From positions 2,666,001-2,730,000 of the forward strand of contig OZ251224.1 of assembly GCA_965240325.2 (NCBI GenBank): 64,000 nt of DNA, written 5' to 3'. A program made the translations under genes and the position numbers. Shown here in pieces: positions 44,164 to 55,058 of the stretch. A model generated the notes under the pieces. That model was not told where the DNA came from. It saw nothing but the letters and a program-made list of their open reading frames with translations, and did not search any database. Origin of the DNA: Rebecca billardiae RCC1528. Taxonomy: Eukaryota > Protista > Haptophyta. Positions within the stretch are counted from its first letter, which is position 1; the number at the start of each line of letters is the position of its first letter.

Positions 44164-45864
44164 ATGGCGGCGCCACACTCCTCGAGGTTGTGGGTTGTCG
44201 CTCTGCTCGTGGTTGTGGGTGCGGATGTCGGACCGTCTGGTGGCGGCGACACGCCGGACGCCGCGCGCTCACTCACGACCGATCCATCGGCGGCTGAACT
44301 CGGGGCCTCACCCTTCCGTGTCGAGCGCGTGTACAGCGCGACGTGCACGAGCAGCTTTCCGAGCGATAAGCCGAGACCGCCATGCGCAGCGTTCGACGAG
44401 GCGCTGCGCGCCTACGGATCAGCGGTGCAGGTTGCGCCCGCAGCGGGACATGCTGCGCCACCGCCGCTCCCGGCGCGCATCCTCGTGCTCCACGACGCGT
44501 TCCGCCCCATCGGCCTCTCGGGCCACTGGCTGCGCAGGCAGACGGCGCTCTGGCTCGGGCTGGCCACCGGGCGCGCGGTGTTTGTCAAGCGGTGCCTCAA
44601 GCCCACCGGCGGCGGCGCCCCGGTGCGCAAGACGCGGATGCCATCGTGCGACTCCGCCTACTTCGACCTCAACGAGTTCGTCCGGCTGCGCCATGGCGGC
44701 TCTTTTGCGATGCGGCCGGATGTGCTCGCTGCCCTTGAGGCTTCGCGCGTGCCGCCGTGCGCCAACCACACGGAGCTCTTCGCGCCGGCGTTCGCACGCG
44801 AGCCGTTGGTGTCGATGCACGTGTTCTGGAACAACAACCAGGTCAAGGATCTGCTGCGGGAGCTGCAGCGCTACGCACGCACCGCGGCGCAGCTGCACGT
44901 GCGCACCGAGCTACTCACCTCGTGCTTCAGCCGCTGCTCAGGCTTCGCCCTCTCGAGGCCGGACGAGTCGCTCACGCCGCAGCTGGCGCCGCTCGTGCCG
45001 CGGCTGGCGCGCGCCGCGGTGCGCATCGGGCTGCACGTGCGCACCATGGCCGTCGACAAGCCCGTCTGCTTCCCCGCCGACACGCCGCCGACGCGCTCCG
45101 CCATCGACGCCGCGTTCGGCAACAACGTGTGCATGCGGAAGGCGTTCGACAATTGGCGGTTCAAGCTGAAGCCGGCGAAAACCTTCAGGAAGCGCAGCGG
45201 GCCGATGGGCACGGCGCTCTGCCCCGCGGTCCACCTCGCCGACAGGCTGCCGCTCTCCGCCTGGTTCACGTGCGCGGTCACACTCGCACGCACACGCCCG
45301 GCAGCCAAGTGGCTGTACCGCAGCTCAGCCGGGTCTTCGGGCGCGCGCGCGGCGGCCGCAGGATCGGACGGTTCGACCGCGGTCTTCTTCACGACGGATG
45401 CAGAGGCGCTGCACAGGTACGCGGTCACGGCGGACCCGCTGGCGGACGACGCGTTTGGTGGCGGCACCAACTCGAGCATGCGCCGCGCCAGGCTGTACAC
45501 TCTGCCCGGCTCGACAGAGGTGGGCCACAACGACCTCACGTATGATGGGCGCACGGCGTTCGAACACAGGCGCCGCGTGTTCGCGCGCGGCGCGGCGGAC
45601 TGGTTCCTGCTCTCGCTGATGGACATCATACTGCAGCCCGTGCAGTCCGGCTTCTCGCTCTCCGCCTGCATACCCTTTGCCGCTCCAGGGGAGTGCGCCG
45701 TGATCTCGCCCCGGCTCGAGCGGCTCTCTGCCACGGGTGGGCTGCATTGCGGGCTGGAGCAGTGCTTCCCCGGGCGGTTCCACTGCAAGGGGTGCGCGTG
45801 GGTGGGCGAGTACATGCACGCGCCTTACTTCCGCACGATGAACGCGTCCGCTTCGGGCGGCTAG
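44164..45864 (+). CDS. Fucosyltransferase-like glycosyltransferase (GT-B; alpha-1,2/1,6/O-fucosyltransferase motif set)
   Basis: Signal/anchor N-terminus. Motif I RIGLHVRT, motif II VFFTTD, motif III ADWFLLSLMD..SGFS. Confidence 0.7.
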   Translation: MAAPHSSRLWVVALLVVVGADVGPSGGGDTPDAARSLTTDPSAAELGASPFRVERVYSATCTSSFPSDKPRPPCAAFDEALRAYGSAVQVAPAAGHAAPPPLPARILVLHDAFRPIGLSGHWLRRQTALWLGLATGRAVFVKRCLKPTGGGAPVRKTRMPSCDSAYFDLNEFVRLRHGGSFAMRPDVLAALEASRVPPCANHTELFAPAFAREPLVSMHVFWNNNQVKDLLRELQRYARTAAQLHVRTELLTSCFSRCSGFALSRPDESLTPQLAPLVPRLARAAVRIGLHVRTMAVDKPVCFPADTPPTRSAIDAAFGNNVCMRKAFDNWRFKLKPAKTFRKRSGPMGTALCPAVHLADRLPLSAWFTCAVTLARTRPAAKWLYRSSAGSSGARAAAAGSDGSTAVFFTTDAEALHRYAVTADPLADDAFGGGTNSSMRRARLYTLPGSTEVGHNDLTYDGRTAFEHRRRVFARGAADWFLLSLMDIILQPVQSGFSLSACIPFAAPGECAVISPRLERLSATGGLHCGLEQCFPGRFHCKGCAWVGEYMHAPYFRTMNASASGG

Positions 45865-46156
45865 CGGGGCGGCAGAGGCCACCGCGCCTCTGGCAGCCCT
45901 AACTCGTCGGAGCGTCAAGCCCGGCCGTGAGCGGTGTGACGGTGTTCACTGTCCTCGTCCTCGAGCGGACGAGGACGGATTCAGCGCCGCCAGGATGAGC
46001 GGCCGAGGAGCCAGAGGCACAAGCTCGCCGCTATTAAGTCGGGCTGGATGAGCTACTGCTCCGGAGCCGCTGCCGCCGCGCTCATGCGACGACGCGCAGC
46101 GCCCTTTAGTTTCGTCAGGCCAGAATTGCTGCGATGAATGTATTCGGGGTGAGATT

Positions 46157-47594
46157 ATGGCGGGCCGTAGGTCCGCCCCTTGTAGTGCCCGGGAAAAAGA
46201 TAAGAAAAAGAAAAGGAAAAAAGAAAATCGCCTCGCAAAGAAAAGAAAATCGCCTCCCTCACTGCCGGGTCGCTTCGCTCACTACCGGGCGCCCTCGCAG
46301 CTCCCACTGGGGACGCTCGGCCGAAAACCATCTCCCCGATGGCGCGGAGCGCGTGGGCGGCGCGCGCCAAATCCAACGCCGGCGCGGACATCGTGAGAGG
46401 ACTCCCGAGACGGGTTTTCGCCCGATTCGCGATTGCTGCCCTCGTCGTCTCGCGTGCAGGTCGAACGAGGGCCAAAGTCGACCCGTTTGGAGGTACGCTC
46501 GGCGCGTCGACACGATCGTGCGACCTGGGGCGGTCCTCGCCCGACTTGCACGTCGAGCGCTCGCACCGGCCATAGCATCAAGCGCTGCGCACGATGGCCG
46601 CCTCGCGCGATTCACCGCCGCGCGTCGGGCTCGGTACGGAAAGGCCCTCAGCACGAGGTGTCTCGCGGGTGGGAAGCGCCATCGCACGCGACGCAAGCTT
46701 TGGCGCGGCCTTCTGAACACCATAACCGGAATCCACACACCGGACTGTCGCGTGCCCCGCGGTGGCAAGGTCGGGCGCATGCAAATCCGTTTGCTTGACG
46801 GTCGGTGGCGTTCCAGAGCGAGCGCTCATCATTCGCGCTCGCGAGCTCGCGGCCAAAGATCGCTCGGCGCTCGGGGGCCCACGTCCGGCCTGCATGGCGT
46901 CGACGGTGACCAATGCGACGGAGGCGCAGCGCAAAGCGGCGTACGACGCGCACCGCACGCACCTCCCGGGTTTGCAGCCGTGGAAGGAACCGCATCGTGG
47001 CGAGTCGGCGGCCCTCGTCGCACAGCGCTATGACCGATCCAAAGCGCACATCCGCGACGAGCTGAAACGCCGAGCGTGCAAGATCGCCGCCCCATGCGCT
47101 GCGCTTCCTGTGCCTGCTCGAGCAGCGCGTGCCCACCCTCGATCGCGAGTGGCACACGCTCTCGCACTGCGCGCGCGCGCACCGCACTTCCAGACGACCT
47201 AAACAAATGAAACATGACATCACACGCCGCCACCACTGTTGAGCTCCGAGGACACTGAACCGTCACCGTCAGGCGTCACAAGCAAGCCGCCGTCGCACGC
47301 CAATCAGTTGGCAACGTGCGTGCGCGCAGTCGACGGCTCGGCACGATGACGAGTAGCGCAGTGGGTGCACGAATACACGCGCAATCGGCACACTGTCGGT
47401 GAGATCACCAGAGTCATCTGTCGCGTTATTATTCGTCAGTGAGTCAGGTAGCTCACCATCATCTGTGTGTCGCATTGTTATTCGTCATCCTGCCCGTCAA
47501 ACCGCTAAATAAAAGGCGCGAACCCGCTGCGGGGAAATATTGCGACAGCACTGGCACGGCCCGCCGACCCCCCCGCCCGCCAGGGCAGAGTTTA
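46157..47594. mobile_element. Copy 1 of a ~1.45-kb non-autonomous element with Helentron/Helitron2-like termini
   Basis: 5' GGCGGGCCGT (46159-46168) with adjacent partial inverted repeat GGTCCGCC. Its complement ACGGCCCGCC lies ~30 nt before the 3' end (47556-47565), followed by a short GCCC-gcca-GGGC stem and TTTAAT. Aligns along its length to copy 2. Confidence 0.7.
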
Positions 47595-49077
47595 ATGGCG
47601 GGCCGTAGGTCCGCCCCTTGTAGTGCCCGGGAAAAAGATAAGAAAAAGAAAAGGAAAAAAAAAAATCGCCTCGCAAAGAAAAGAAAATCGCCTCGCTCAC
47701 TGCCGGGTCGCTTCGCTCACTACCGGGCGCCCTCGCAGCTCCCACTGGGGACGCTCGGCCGAAAACCATATGGCGCCTGGCGCGGAGCGCGTGGGCCGCG
47801 CGCGCCGAATCCAACGCCGGCGCGGACCATCGCGCGGGGATTCACGAACGGTGTTTTCGCCCGATTCGCGATTGCTGCCCTCGTCGTCTCGCGTGCAGGT
47901 CGAACGGGCGCTAAATCGACGCGTTTGGAGCGGTACGCTCGGCGCGTCGACACGATCGTGCGACCTGGGGCGATCCTCGCCCGACGTGCACGTCGAACGC
48001 TCGCACCGGCCATAGCATCAAGCGCTGCGCACGATGGCCGCCTCGCTCGATTCACCGTCGCGCGTCGGGCTCGGTGCGGAACGGCCCTCATCACGAGGCG
48101 TCTCGCGGGCGGGAAGCGCCATCGCACGCGACGCAAGATTTGGCGCGGCCTTCTGAACACCATAACCGGAATCCACACACCGGACTGTCGCGTGCCCCGG
48201 TCCTTGGCAAGGTCGGGCGCATGCAAATCCGTTTGCTACGATCGGTGGTGTTCCTCGCGAGCTCGCGGGCAAAGATCGCTCGGCGCTCGAGGGCCCACGT
48301 CCGGCCTGCATGGCGCCGACGGTGACCAATGCGACGGAGGGGCAGCGCAAAGCGGCGTACGACGCGCACCGCACGCACCTCCCGGGTTTGTAGCCGTGGA
48401 AGGAACCGCGTCTTGGCGAGTCGGCGGCCCTCGTCGCACTGAGCGCTATGACCGATCCCAGAGGCGCATCCGCGACGAGCTGAAACGCCGAGCGTGCAAC
48501 ATTGTCGCCCCATCCTCCACCATGTCACGAGCGCTGCGGGACGAGGCCGACGTCGTGAAGCCAGTGGCACGTGCGCTGCGCTTCCTGTGCCTGCTCGAGC
48601 AGCGCGTGCCCACCCTCGATCGCGAGTGGCACACGCTCTCGCACTGCGCGCGCGCGCACCGCACTTCCAGACGACCTAAACAAATGAAACATGACATCAC
48701 ACTCCGCCACCACTGTTTAGCTCCGAGGACATTGAACCGTCACCGTCAGGCGTCACAAGCAAGCCGCCGTCGCACGCCAATCAGTTGGCAGTGCGTGCGC
48801 GCAGTCGACGGCTCGGCACCCGGGACTTGACGAGTAGCGCCGAGTGGGTGCACGAATAAATAACACGCGCAATCACACTGTCGGTGAGATCACCAGAGTC
48901 ATCTGTCGCGTTATTATTCGTCAGTGAGTCAGGTAGCTCACCATCATCTGTGTGTCGCATTGTTATTCGTCATCCTGCCCGTCAAACCGCTAAATAAAAG
49001 GCGCGAACCCGCTGGGGAAATATTGCGACAGCACTGGCACGGCCCGCCGACCCCCCCGCCCGCCAGGGCAGAGTTTA
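47595..49077. mobile_element. Copy 2 (head-to-tail) of the same element
   Basis: Same 5' and 3' termini (ACGGCCCGCC at 49039-49048, ...GGGCAGAGTTTAAT). Differs from copy 1 by substitutions and internal indels. Confidence 0.7.
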
Positions 49078-49260
49078 ATATAGAATAATCGTCTGGTCCA
49101 AATCAGTCCGGGTCTTGATCCGGAGTCATCTACCGATGATTGACCCACAGGATGGGTGAGTCAGGTGTCCAACGGTCATCGCTCAATTCGCCTCAAGGAC
49201 AAGGACGGCGGCAACGCGCCCTGCGCCTCCACACAGACCTACAAGGAGCCGTACGTACAG

Positions 49261-50718
49261 ATGGACGAAGGCAGCGCCGCGGTGAAGCTGCTTCGGCGCA
49301 AGTCGGCACGGGGTGACGAGCGCGCCACGTACCTCCTGGCTGTTCGCTTCGCGCGTGGGGACGGCGTCGCGCAGAACGAGCGCGAGGCGGCTTGCCTGTA
49401 CCACCTCGCCGCCGAGCGTGGGTTGGCGGATGCTCAGCTCGCGCTTGGCGACGGTTATGATCGGGGCGAGCTTGAACTGGGCCAGGACGTCATCAAGGCA
49501 GTGCACTGGTATCGGCTGGCGGCCGAGCAGGGCAATGCAAATGCACAGTGCAACCTGGGCGTTTGCTGCACGATTGGCAAGGGCGTGCCGCAGGACGTGG
49601 CCGAGGCGGTGCGCTGGTACCGGCTGGCAGCCGAGCAGGGCCTGGCACGGGCGCAGTTCAGCATGGGCGCGTGCTGCGCAAAGGGCGAGGGCGTGCCGCA
49701 GGATATGGCCGAGGCGGCGCGCTGGTATGGTCTGGCAGCCGAGCAGGGCTACACACCCGAAGGCGTGCGCTGCGCGAAGGGCCAGGGCGTGCCGCAGAAT
49801 ACGGCCGAAGCGGCGCGCTTGTTCCGGCTGGGAGCCAAGCAGGGCCACGCATTTGCGCAGTTCAATCTAGGCGTGTGCTGCTCAAAAGGCGAGGGCGTGC
49901 CGCAGGACTGGGCCGAGGCGGCGCGCTGGTACCGGCTGGCGGCCGAGCAGGGCCACGCAGATGCGCAGTTCAACCTGGCCTTGTGCTGCAAGAATGGCGA
50001 GGGCGTGCCGCAGGATGTGGCCGAGGCGGCGCGCTGGTACCGGCTGGCGGCCGAGCAGGGTTACGCACCTGCGCAGTTCAACCTGGGCGTGTGCTGCCGA
50101 AAGGGGAAGGGCGTGCCGCAGAATATGGCCGAGGCTGCGCGCTGGTACCGGCTGGCGGCCGAGCAGGGCTACGCACGGGCGCAGTGCGACCTGGGCTGGT
50201 GCTGCCAGAACGGCGAGGGCGTGCCGCAGGATATGGCCGAGGCGGCGCGCTGGTACCGGCTGGCCGCCGAGCAGGGCGACGCAATTGCGCAGAACAACCT
50301 GGGTTTGTGCTGCGCAAAGGGCGAGGGCGTGCCGCAGGACAGCGCCGAGGCGGCGCGCTGGTACCGGCTGGCTGCTGATGGTGATCAGCCAAACGCTCGT
50401 TTCGCGCTTGGGCTGCTGATGCTGGTAGGCACGGGCGTGAAGCGCGATGTGGTGGAGGGTGCGCGGCTGCTGCGCCGTGGGCACGAGCTCGACAGCACTC
50501 TCGACCCTGGTGAAATGCTCGTCGCCGGGTTTGCTGGGGATCGCGAGGTGGTGTCCAAGTGCTGCCTCGTGTGTGCCAAGACGGACCGTCGCACCTTGAA
50601 GAAGTGCGACCGATGCCACGTGGCGGTGTTCTGCTCGCACGACCACCTGCGGCTGGCGTGGAAGGCGCACAAGCCGTACTGCAACGAGTGGCGGCAGCAG
50701 CCTGGACCCTCAGTATAG
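49261..50718 (+). CDS. Sel1-like repeat (11 units) + C-terminal MYND zinc-finger protein, paralogue A, intronless
   Basis: 36-aa repeats AQFNLGVCCxxGxGVPQDxAEAARWYRLAAEQG. MYND CLVC..KKCDRCHVAVFCSHDHLRLAWKAHKPYC. Start set by homology to paralogue B (MDEGSAAVKLL). Confidence 0.92.
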   Translation: MDEGSAAVKLLRRKSARGDERATYLLAVRFARGDGVAQNEREAACLYHLAAERGLADAQLALGDGYDRGELELGQDVIKAVHWYRLAAEQGNANAQCNLGVCCTIGKGVPQDVAEAVRWYRLAAEQGLARAQFSMGACCAKGEGVPQDMAEAARWYGLAAEQGYTPEGVRCAKGQGVPQNTAEAARLFRLGAKQGHAFAQFNLGVCCSKGEGVPQDWAEAARWYRLAAEQGHADAQFNLALCCKNGEGVPQDVAEAARWYRLAAEQGYAPAQFNLGVCCRKGKGVPQNMAEAARWYRLAAEQGYARAQCDLGWCCQNGEGVPQDMAEAARWYRLAAEQGDAIAQNNLGLCCAKGEGVPQDSAEAARWYRLAADGDQPNARFALGLLMLVGTGVKRDVVEGARLLRRGHELDSTLDPGEMLVAGFAGDREVVSKCCLVCAKTDRRTLKKCDRCHVAVFCSHDHLRLAWKAHKPYCNEWRQQPGPSV

Positions 50719-50719
50719 A

Positions 50720-50901
<182 letters not shown>

Positions 50902-51247
50902 TATCTATCACCGGGTCATAAGAAGACTATGATCGGCTACGCCGATCTTCGGGTAGTAAACAACGAAGTTGAGGGCGCACGGCCCGATAGTGGCTGCTAG
51001 TTGTCGCGTAGTTCTTTCTTCGTCACGAATCACGCAGCTTGTGAGCAGCAGCCGGCTTGTGACGACACGGTCGGACGGTCGGACGGGTGCATGCGCCGAA
51101 TGCAGCCGAGTCACTGGCGAGTCCGACAGCCGGGCGGCGGCGCCGGGGGTGCACGCGAGCTCGCACGCGCGTTGTGTGCGCAGCCGCGCTGCGCGCAGAG
51201 CAGCCACTCAGCGCCGCGCCCGACCACTACGCGAGAAGCCGCTGCGC

Positions 51248-52085
51248 CGCGCGCAGCGGCAGCAGCGGCGCCTCCGCTGTCCGCAGCGCGCGCCGAGCCG
51301 CCGCCTCCCGCCCGTCCCGCCTCGGCCGCGGCCGCGGCGCGCGAGCGACTTGCGGCTTGCGGCGGCGGCGGGCAGCGGCGGCGCGGCGAGCGCGCACAGC
51401 GGCCCCTCGAGCGTGCGGCCGAGCGCCGCCGCGTACGTCGGGTCGCGCGCCGCGCGCCATCGCCCACACGGCCGCGGCCCAGTGCGCCGCGCCGTCCGCC
51501 ACGAGGCGCGGTGCACGGTGGTGCACACATTTTGGAGGCGCGCGCCGTCGAGGCGCGGGACGGGCGGGAGGGCGGACGGGGGCGGGGGGAGCGGCGGCGG
51601 CGGCGGCGGCGCGTTGCGCGAGCCGCAGCGTACGCCCGCGCCGATCTTGAATGATGAATCTCGACGGCGGCGCGCGCGCAGCGGCAGCAGCGGCGCCTCC
51701 GCAGCGCGCGCCGAGCCGCCGCCTCCCGCCCGTCCCGCCTCGGCCGCGGCCGCGGCGCGCGAGCGACTTGCGGCTTGCGGCGGCGGCGGGCAGCGGCGGC
51801 GCGGCGAGCGCGCACAGCGGCCCCTCGAGCGTGCGGCCGAGCGCCGCCGCGTACGTCGGGTCGCGCGCCGCGCGCCATCGCCCACACGGCCGCGGCCCAG
51901 TGCGCCGCGCCGTCCGCCACGAGGCGCGGTGCACGGTGGTGCACACATTTTGGAGGCGCGCGCCGTCGAGGCGCGGGACGGGCGGGAGGGCGGACGGGGG
52001 CGGGGGGAGCGGCGGCGGCGGCGGCGGCGCGTTGCGCGAGCCGCAGCGTACGCCCGCGCCGATCTTGAATGATGAATCTCGACGG
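51248..52085. repeat. Near-perfect tandem duplication, period 418 bp
   Basis: Both units end GATCTTGAATGATGAATCTCGACGG (about 51667 and 52085) and share the internal sequence. Confidence 0.92.
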
Positions 52086-52443
52086 TGTGCGCGGCGGCGC
52101 TGGGCGAGTGCGCCAGCCTCTCGGGCAGCACACGCCCCGCCGCGCGCCCGCCGCCGCCCAGGCTCCCGCGCCCGGCCGCGCGCCGCGCCGCCGCGCGCGC
52201 GCAGAGGCCGCGCGCGACGATCGGCTCGTACTCGTCGTGTTTTGCGCGAGCCGGCCGGCGCAACGTGACGCCTCGCGATCTGAATCGTCACGCGTCCAGG
52301 ACACTACTGGTAGTCTTATTTTCAGAGAGCTCCTATAATGATTGCAGATGGATCATAACGTCGAATCACACCCGCATTTGGCTTTGAATCAATTCGTCGT
52401 ACTTGAAGCGGTAGAAATTCTTATGCTCATGAGATTTTAGGCT

Positions 52444-52504
52444 CGTCAATGCGGGTGGCAATCCATTCTTGCAATCCAAGAATGGATTGCCACCCGCATT
52501 GACG
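52444..52504. repeat. Perfect 28-bp inverted repeat with 5-nt loop
   Basis: CGTCAATGCGGGTGGCAATCCATTCTTG-caatc-CAAGAATGGATTGCCACCCGCATTGACG. Confidence 0.95.
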
Positions 52505-52987
52505 TCGTATCAACAGATGACCAAAAGTATATCAACAACAGTAGCTTGCTAACCGTATGATACCAGGGCGCGCGGGATTCGGCGGGAAGGTCGATTCAAG
52601 CTACCCGCGCAATACCATATCGCGTCGCTTTGATGAATCTGATGAGTGAACAGCTATCCAGAGAATTCGTTCGATATCTCACCTTTTTATGGTCAGTTCA
52701 ACACACGAATCTTGACTATCAGAAAGGTATTAGAGATGACTTCGTCCTATTTGCTTCCGATTTCTTCTATTACTTACTATCCAAGGATTAAGGAGCAGTA
52801 CAAACGCAATCATGAGCAGCGAAATGGGGTCTCTATGCTGCGGATTTCACACCTAAATCCACCTACAAAAATCCCCCCAAATCCTGCGCGCATCCTCGAT
52901 CTTTTTGATTTTGCGGAGCACGTGCGCCGCCCCCCCCGGCTTTCGCTCACGCTCAGACCTTTCGGGGGGGCCGTTCGCCATGACGCG

Positions 52988-52991
<4 letters not shown>

Positions 52992-53084
<93 letters not shown>
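52992..53084. repeat. (TA)n microsatellite
   Basis: Direct reading. Confidence 0.98.
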
Positions 53085-53086
<2 letters not shown>

Positions 53087-53316
53087 TTTATTCGTCAATA
53101 TAGATCATCGAGTTTATTTAGCAGTATATTGTCTGACATAATTCAGGAATCAGGTCCGAGTCCGAGAGACTGACTCCGACGAGTTACTCGCGTATCACTG
53201 TGTGATGCCGCGCGGCGTCAGCACCACGCGCCATGATGCGGAGAGGTCAGTGGCACGTCCGCTGGTCAGCCGGCCTGCGGCACCGCTGCAGGGCTCGATC
53301 TGACATCCGACGGTCA

Positions 53317-54618
53317 TCAGGTGTTCATGGCGATGAATTCGTCGAGCGAGATCTGATCGTCGCCGTTGAGGTCCGCCGCCCTGTACATGGCATCGATCTC
53401 CTCGGCCTTTGCCCTGCCTTCGAGCCGCCTGAGGAAGCCGGCCAGCTCCTGCTTGCTGATGTGCCCGTCGCCGTTCGCGTCGATGAGCTGGAACGCGCGC
53501 TCGAGGGCGGCGCGGTCCTCCTCGGCTGTCAGGAACAGCCGCTCGTGCCCGAACCACTTTGTGAGCGCAGCCGTGGTCGCGTTGCGCCACGCCCGGCGCG
53601 CGTCGTTGAAGTCCTTGAGCCGGACGGCGGTCGAGTGCAGCGGACGGTCCGGCGCGTCGTCGCCACGCAGCCACGGGTGCTGCAGCGCCTGCGAGGCCGT
53701 CATCCGCTGCCTCGGGTCGCGCTGCAGCAGCTGCTTGAGCAGCGACTTTGCCGACTCGCTCACCTGCTCCCACGACTCGTCTTCAAAGGTGTACGCGCAC
53801 AGCTGCGTGCGCCGGTTGATCGTCGCGTCGTCGGCGGTGCAGTCGGGGTCGAACGGGTGGTACCCGCCGAGCAGGATGTACAGGATCACGCCGAGCGAGA
53901 ACTCGTCCACTCGCTCGTCGTACTCGGCGCTCGGCGTGCGCAGCTGCTCGGGCGCCAGATAGCCGACAGTGCCGGCGGCGCCGGTCAGCGGCGGCGCGCC
54001 GCGCGTCACGTCACCGGCGAGGCCGAAGTCGCACAATCGCACGTCCACCTCGCTGTCTTTGGAGGCGAGCAGGATGTTCTCCGGCTTGAGATCGCGGTGG
54101 CACACGCCGCGCGCGTGGCAGTGCTCGACGGCGCTCATCACTGCCCGCATCAGGTCGCTCGCGTCTGCCTCCGTGTAGTGCCCCTTCTCGAGGATGCGCT
54201 CGAAGAGCTCGCCGCCGTTGGCGAGGTCCATCACGATCACAAAGTGCTCATCCGTCTCGAAGCTATCCCGCAGGTTGACGATGTGCGGGTGCCAGAAGAG
54301 CTTGCGCATCAGCTCGGTCTCAATCTCGACGAGCGGGCGCAGCTTCTTGTCCGCGGCAAGCTTCTTGGGGATGAGCTTGACCGCGACGGACTCGCCCGTC
54401 GCCTTGAGGATGCCGCGCTTCACCGCTCCGAACTTACCCGTGCCCAGCGTCTCGTGTAGCTCGTAGCTGTCGATATTCGAGGAGGTGGCTGATCGCGTGT
54501 CGGGCGACACAGGCGAGCTTTGTGGCGCAGTGCCGTGGGACATGTCGCGGCCGAGTGACACGGGCAGCCACGACGCGCAGCGTGGACGTGCGACCTCCGT
54601 GTCGTGGATGTAGTGCAT
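53317..54618 (-). CDS. CaMK-group kinase with two C-terminal EF-hands (CDPK/CCaMK-like); start uncertain (54618 or 54543)
   Basis: GTGKFG, VAVK, HRDLKPEN, DFG, GTVGYLAPE. EF-hands DANGDGHISKQEL and DLNGDDQISLDEF. Intronless. Confidence 0.9.
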   Translation of the reverse strand: MHYIHDTEVARPRCASWLPVSLGRDMSHGTAPQSSPVSPDTRSATSSNIDSYELHETLGTGKFGAVKRGILKATGESVAVKLIPKKLAADKKLRPLVEIETELMRKLFWHPHIVNLRDSFETDEHFVIVMDLANGGELFERILEKGHYTEADASDLMRAVMSAVEHCHARGVCHRDLKPENILLASKDSEVDVRLCDFGLAGDVTRGAPPLTGAAGTVGYLAPEQLRTPSAEYDERVDEFSLGVILYILLGGYHPFDPDCTADDATINRRTQLCAYTFEDESWEQVSESAKSLLKQLLQRDPRQRMTASQALQHPWLRGDDAPDRPLHSTAVRLKDFNDARRAWRNATTAALTKWFGHERLFLTAEEDRAALERAFQLIDANGDGHISKQELAGFLRRLEGRAKAEEIDAMYRAADLNGDDQISLDEFIAMNT

Positions 54619-55058
54619 CGTCGCCACGCCCCCCGCCAGGGCCGCGCCCGTGCGTCGCGAGCACGCCCTGCCAAAGCGGCCCGCAGCGCCCCTCCACATC
54701 GTGCGCGACCCAGCTCACCCGTCACCGCCCCTCGCGCCTGGCCAACTTGTGAGCCGGTGATGGCGGTGAATCCGCAGATTCACGTTTGATGTCATGATCA
54801 TCGAATTTCAGCCGGCACATTTTCGTCGTCATCAGACCAAACGGTCCGGGTCGGCCGGACCTCCTACCGGCTGCCCACCGACTGCACGGCCACTGCGGAA
54901 GGAGGGGCCCAGCGGGCGCGAGCTGCCGCCCGGCGCGCGGTCGCGGATTCTTGCCGCGTCGTGGTTGGCGGCCGGGTGTTTGCGATACAGCGGGGGCACC
55001 GGCACGGGTGCGTGCACCCTCCCCGCCTCCCGAGAGGCCCGCCGGCATCGCCACAAAT

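Noticed and set aside
47439-48830. 463-aa ORF as a transposase
   Set aside because: It spans the junction of two repeat units, has no catalytic motifs and is not conserved as a frame in copy 1.
46157-49077. LTR pair of a retrotransposon
   Set aside because: The units abut with no internal region, and there are no TG...CA ends, PBS/PPT or TSD.
49500-50400. Regular 108-bp repeats with variable segments, superficially CRISPR-like
   Set aside because: They are in-frame Sel1 coding repeats with no unique spacers and no cas genes. The context is eukaryotic.
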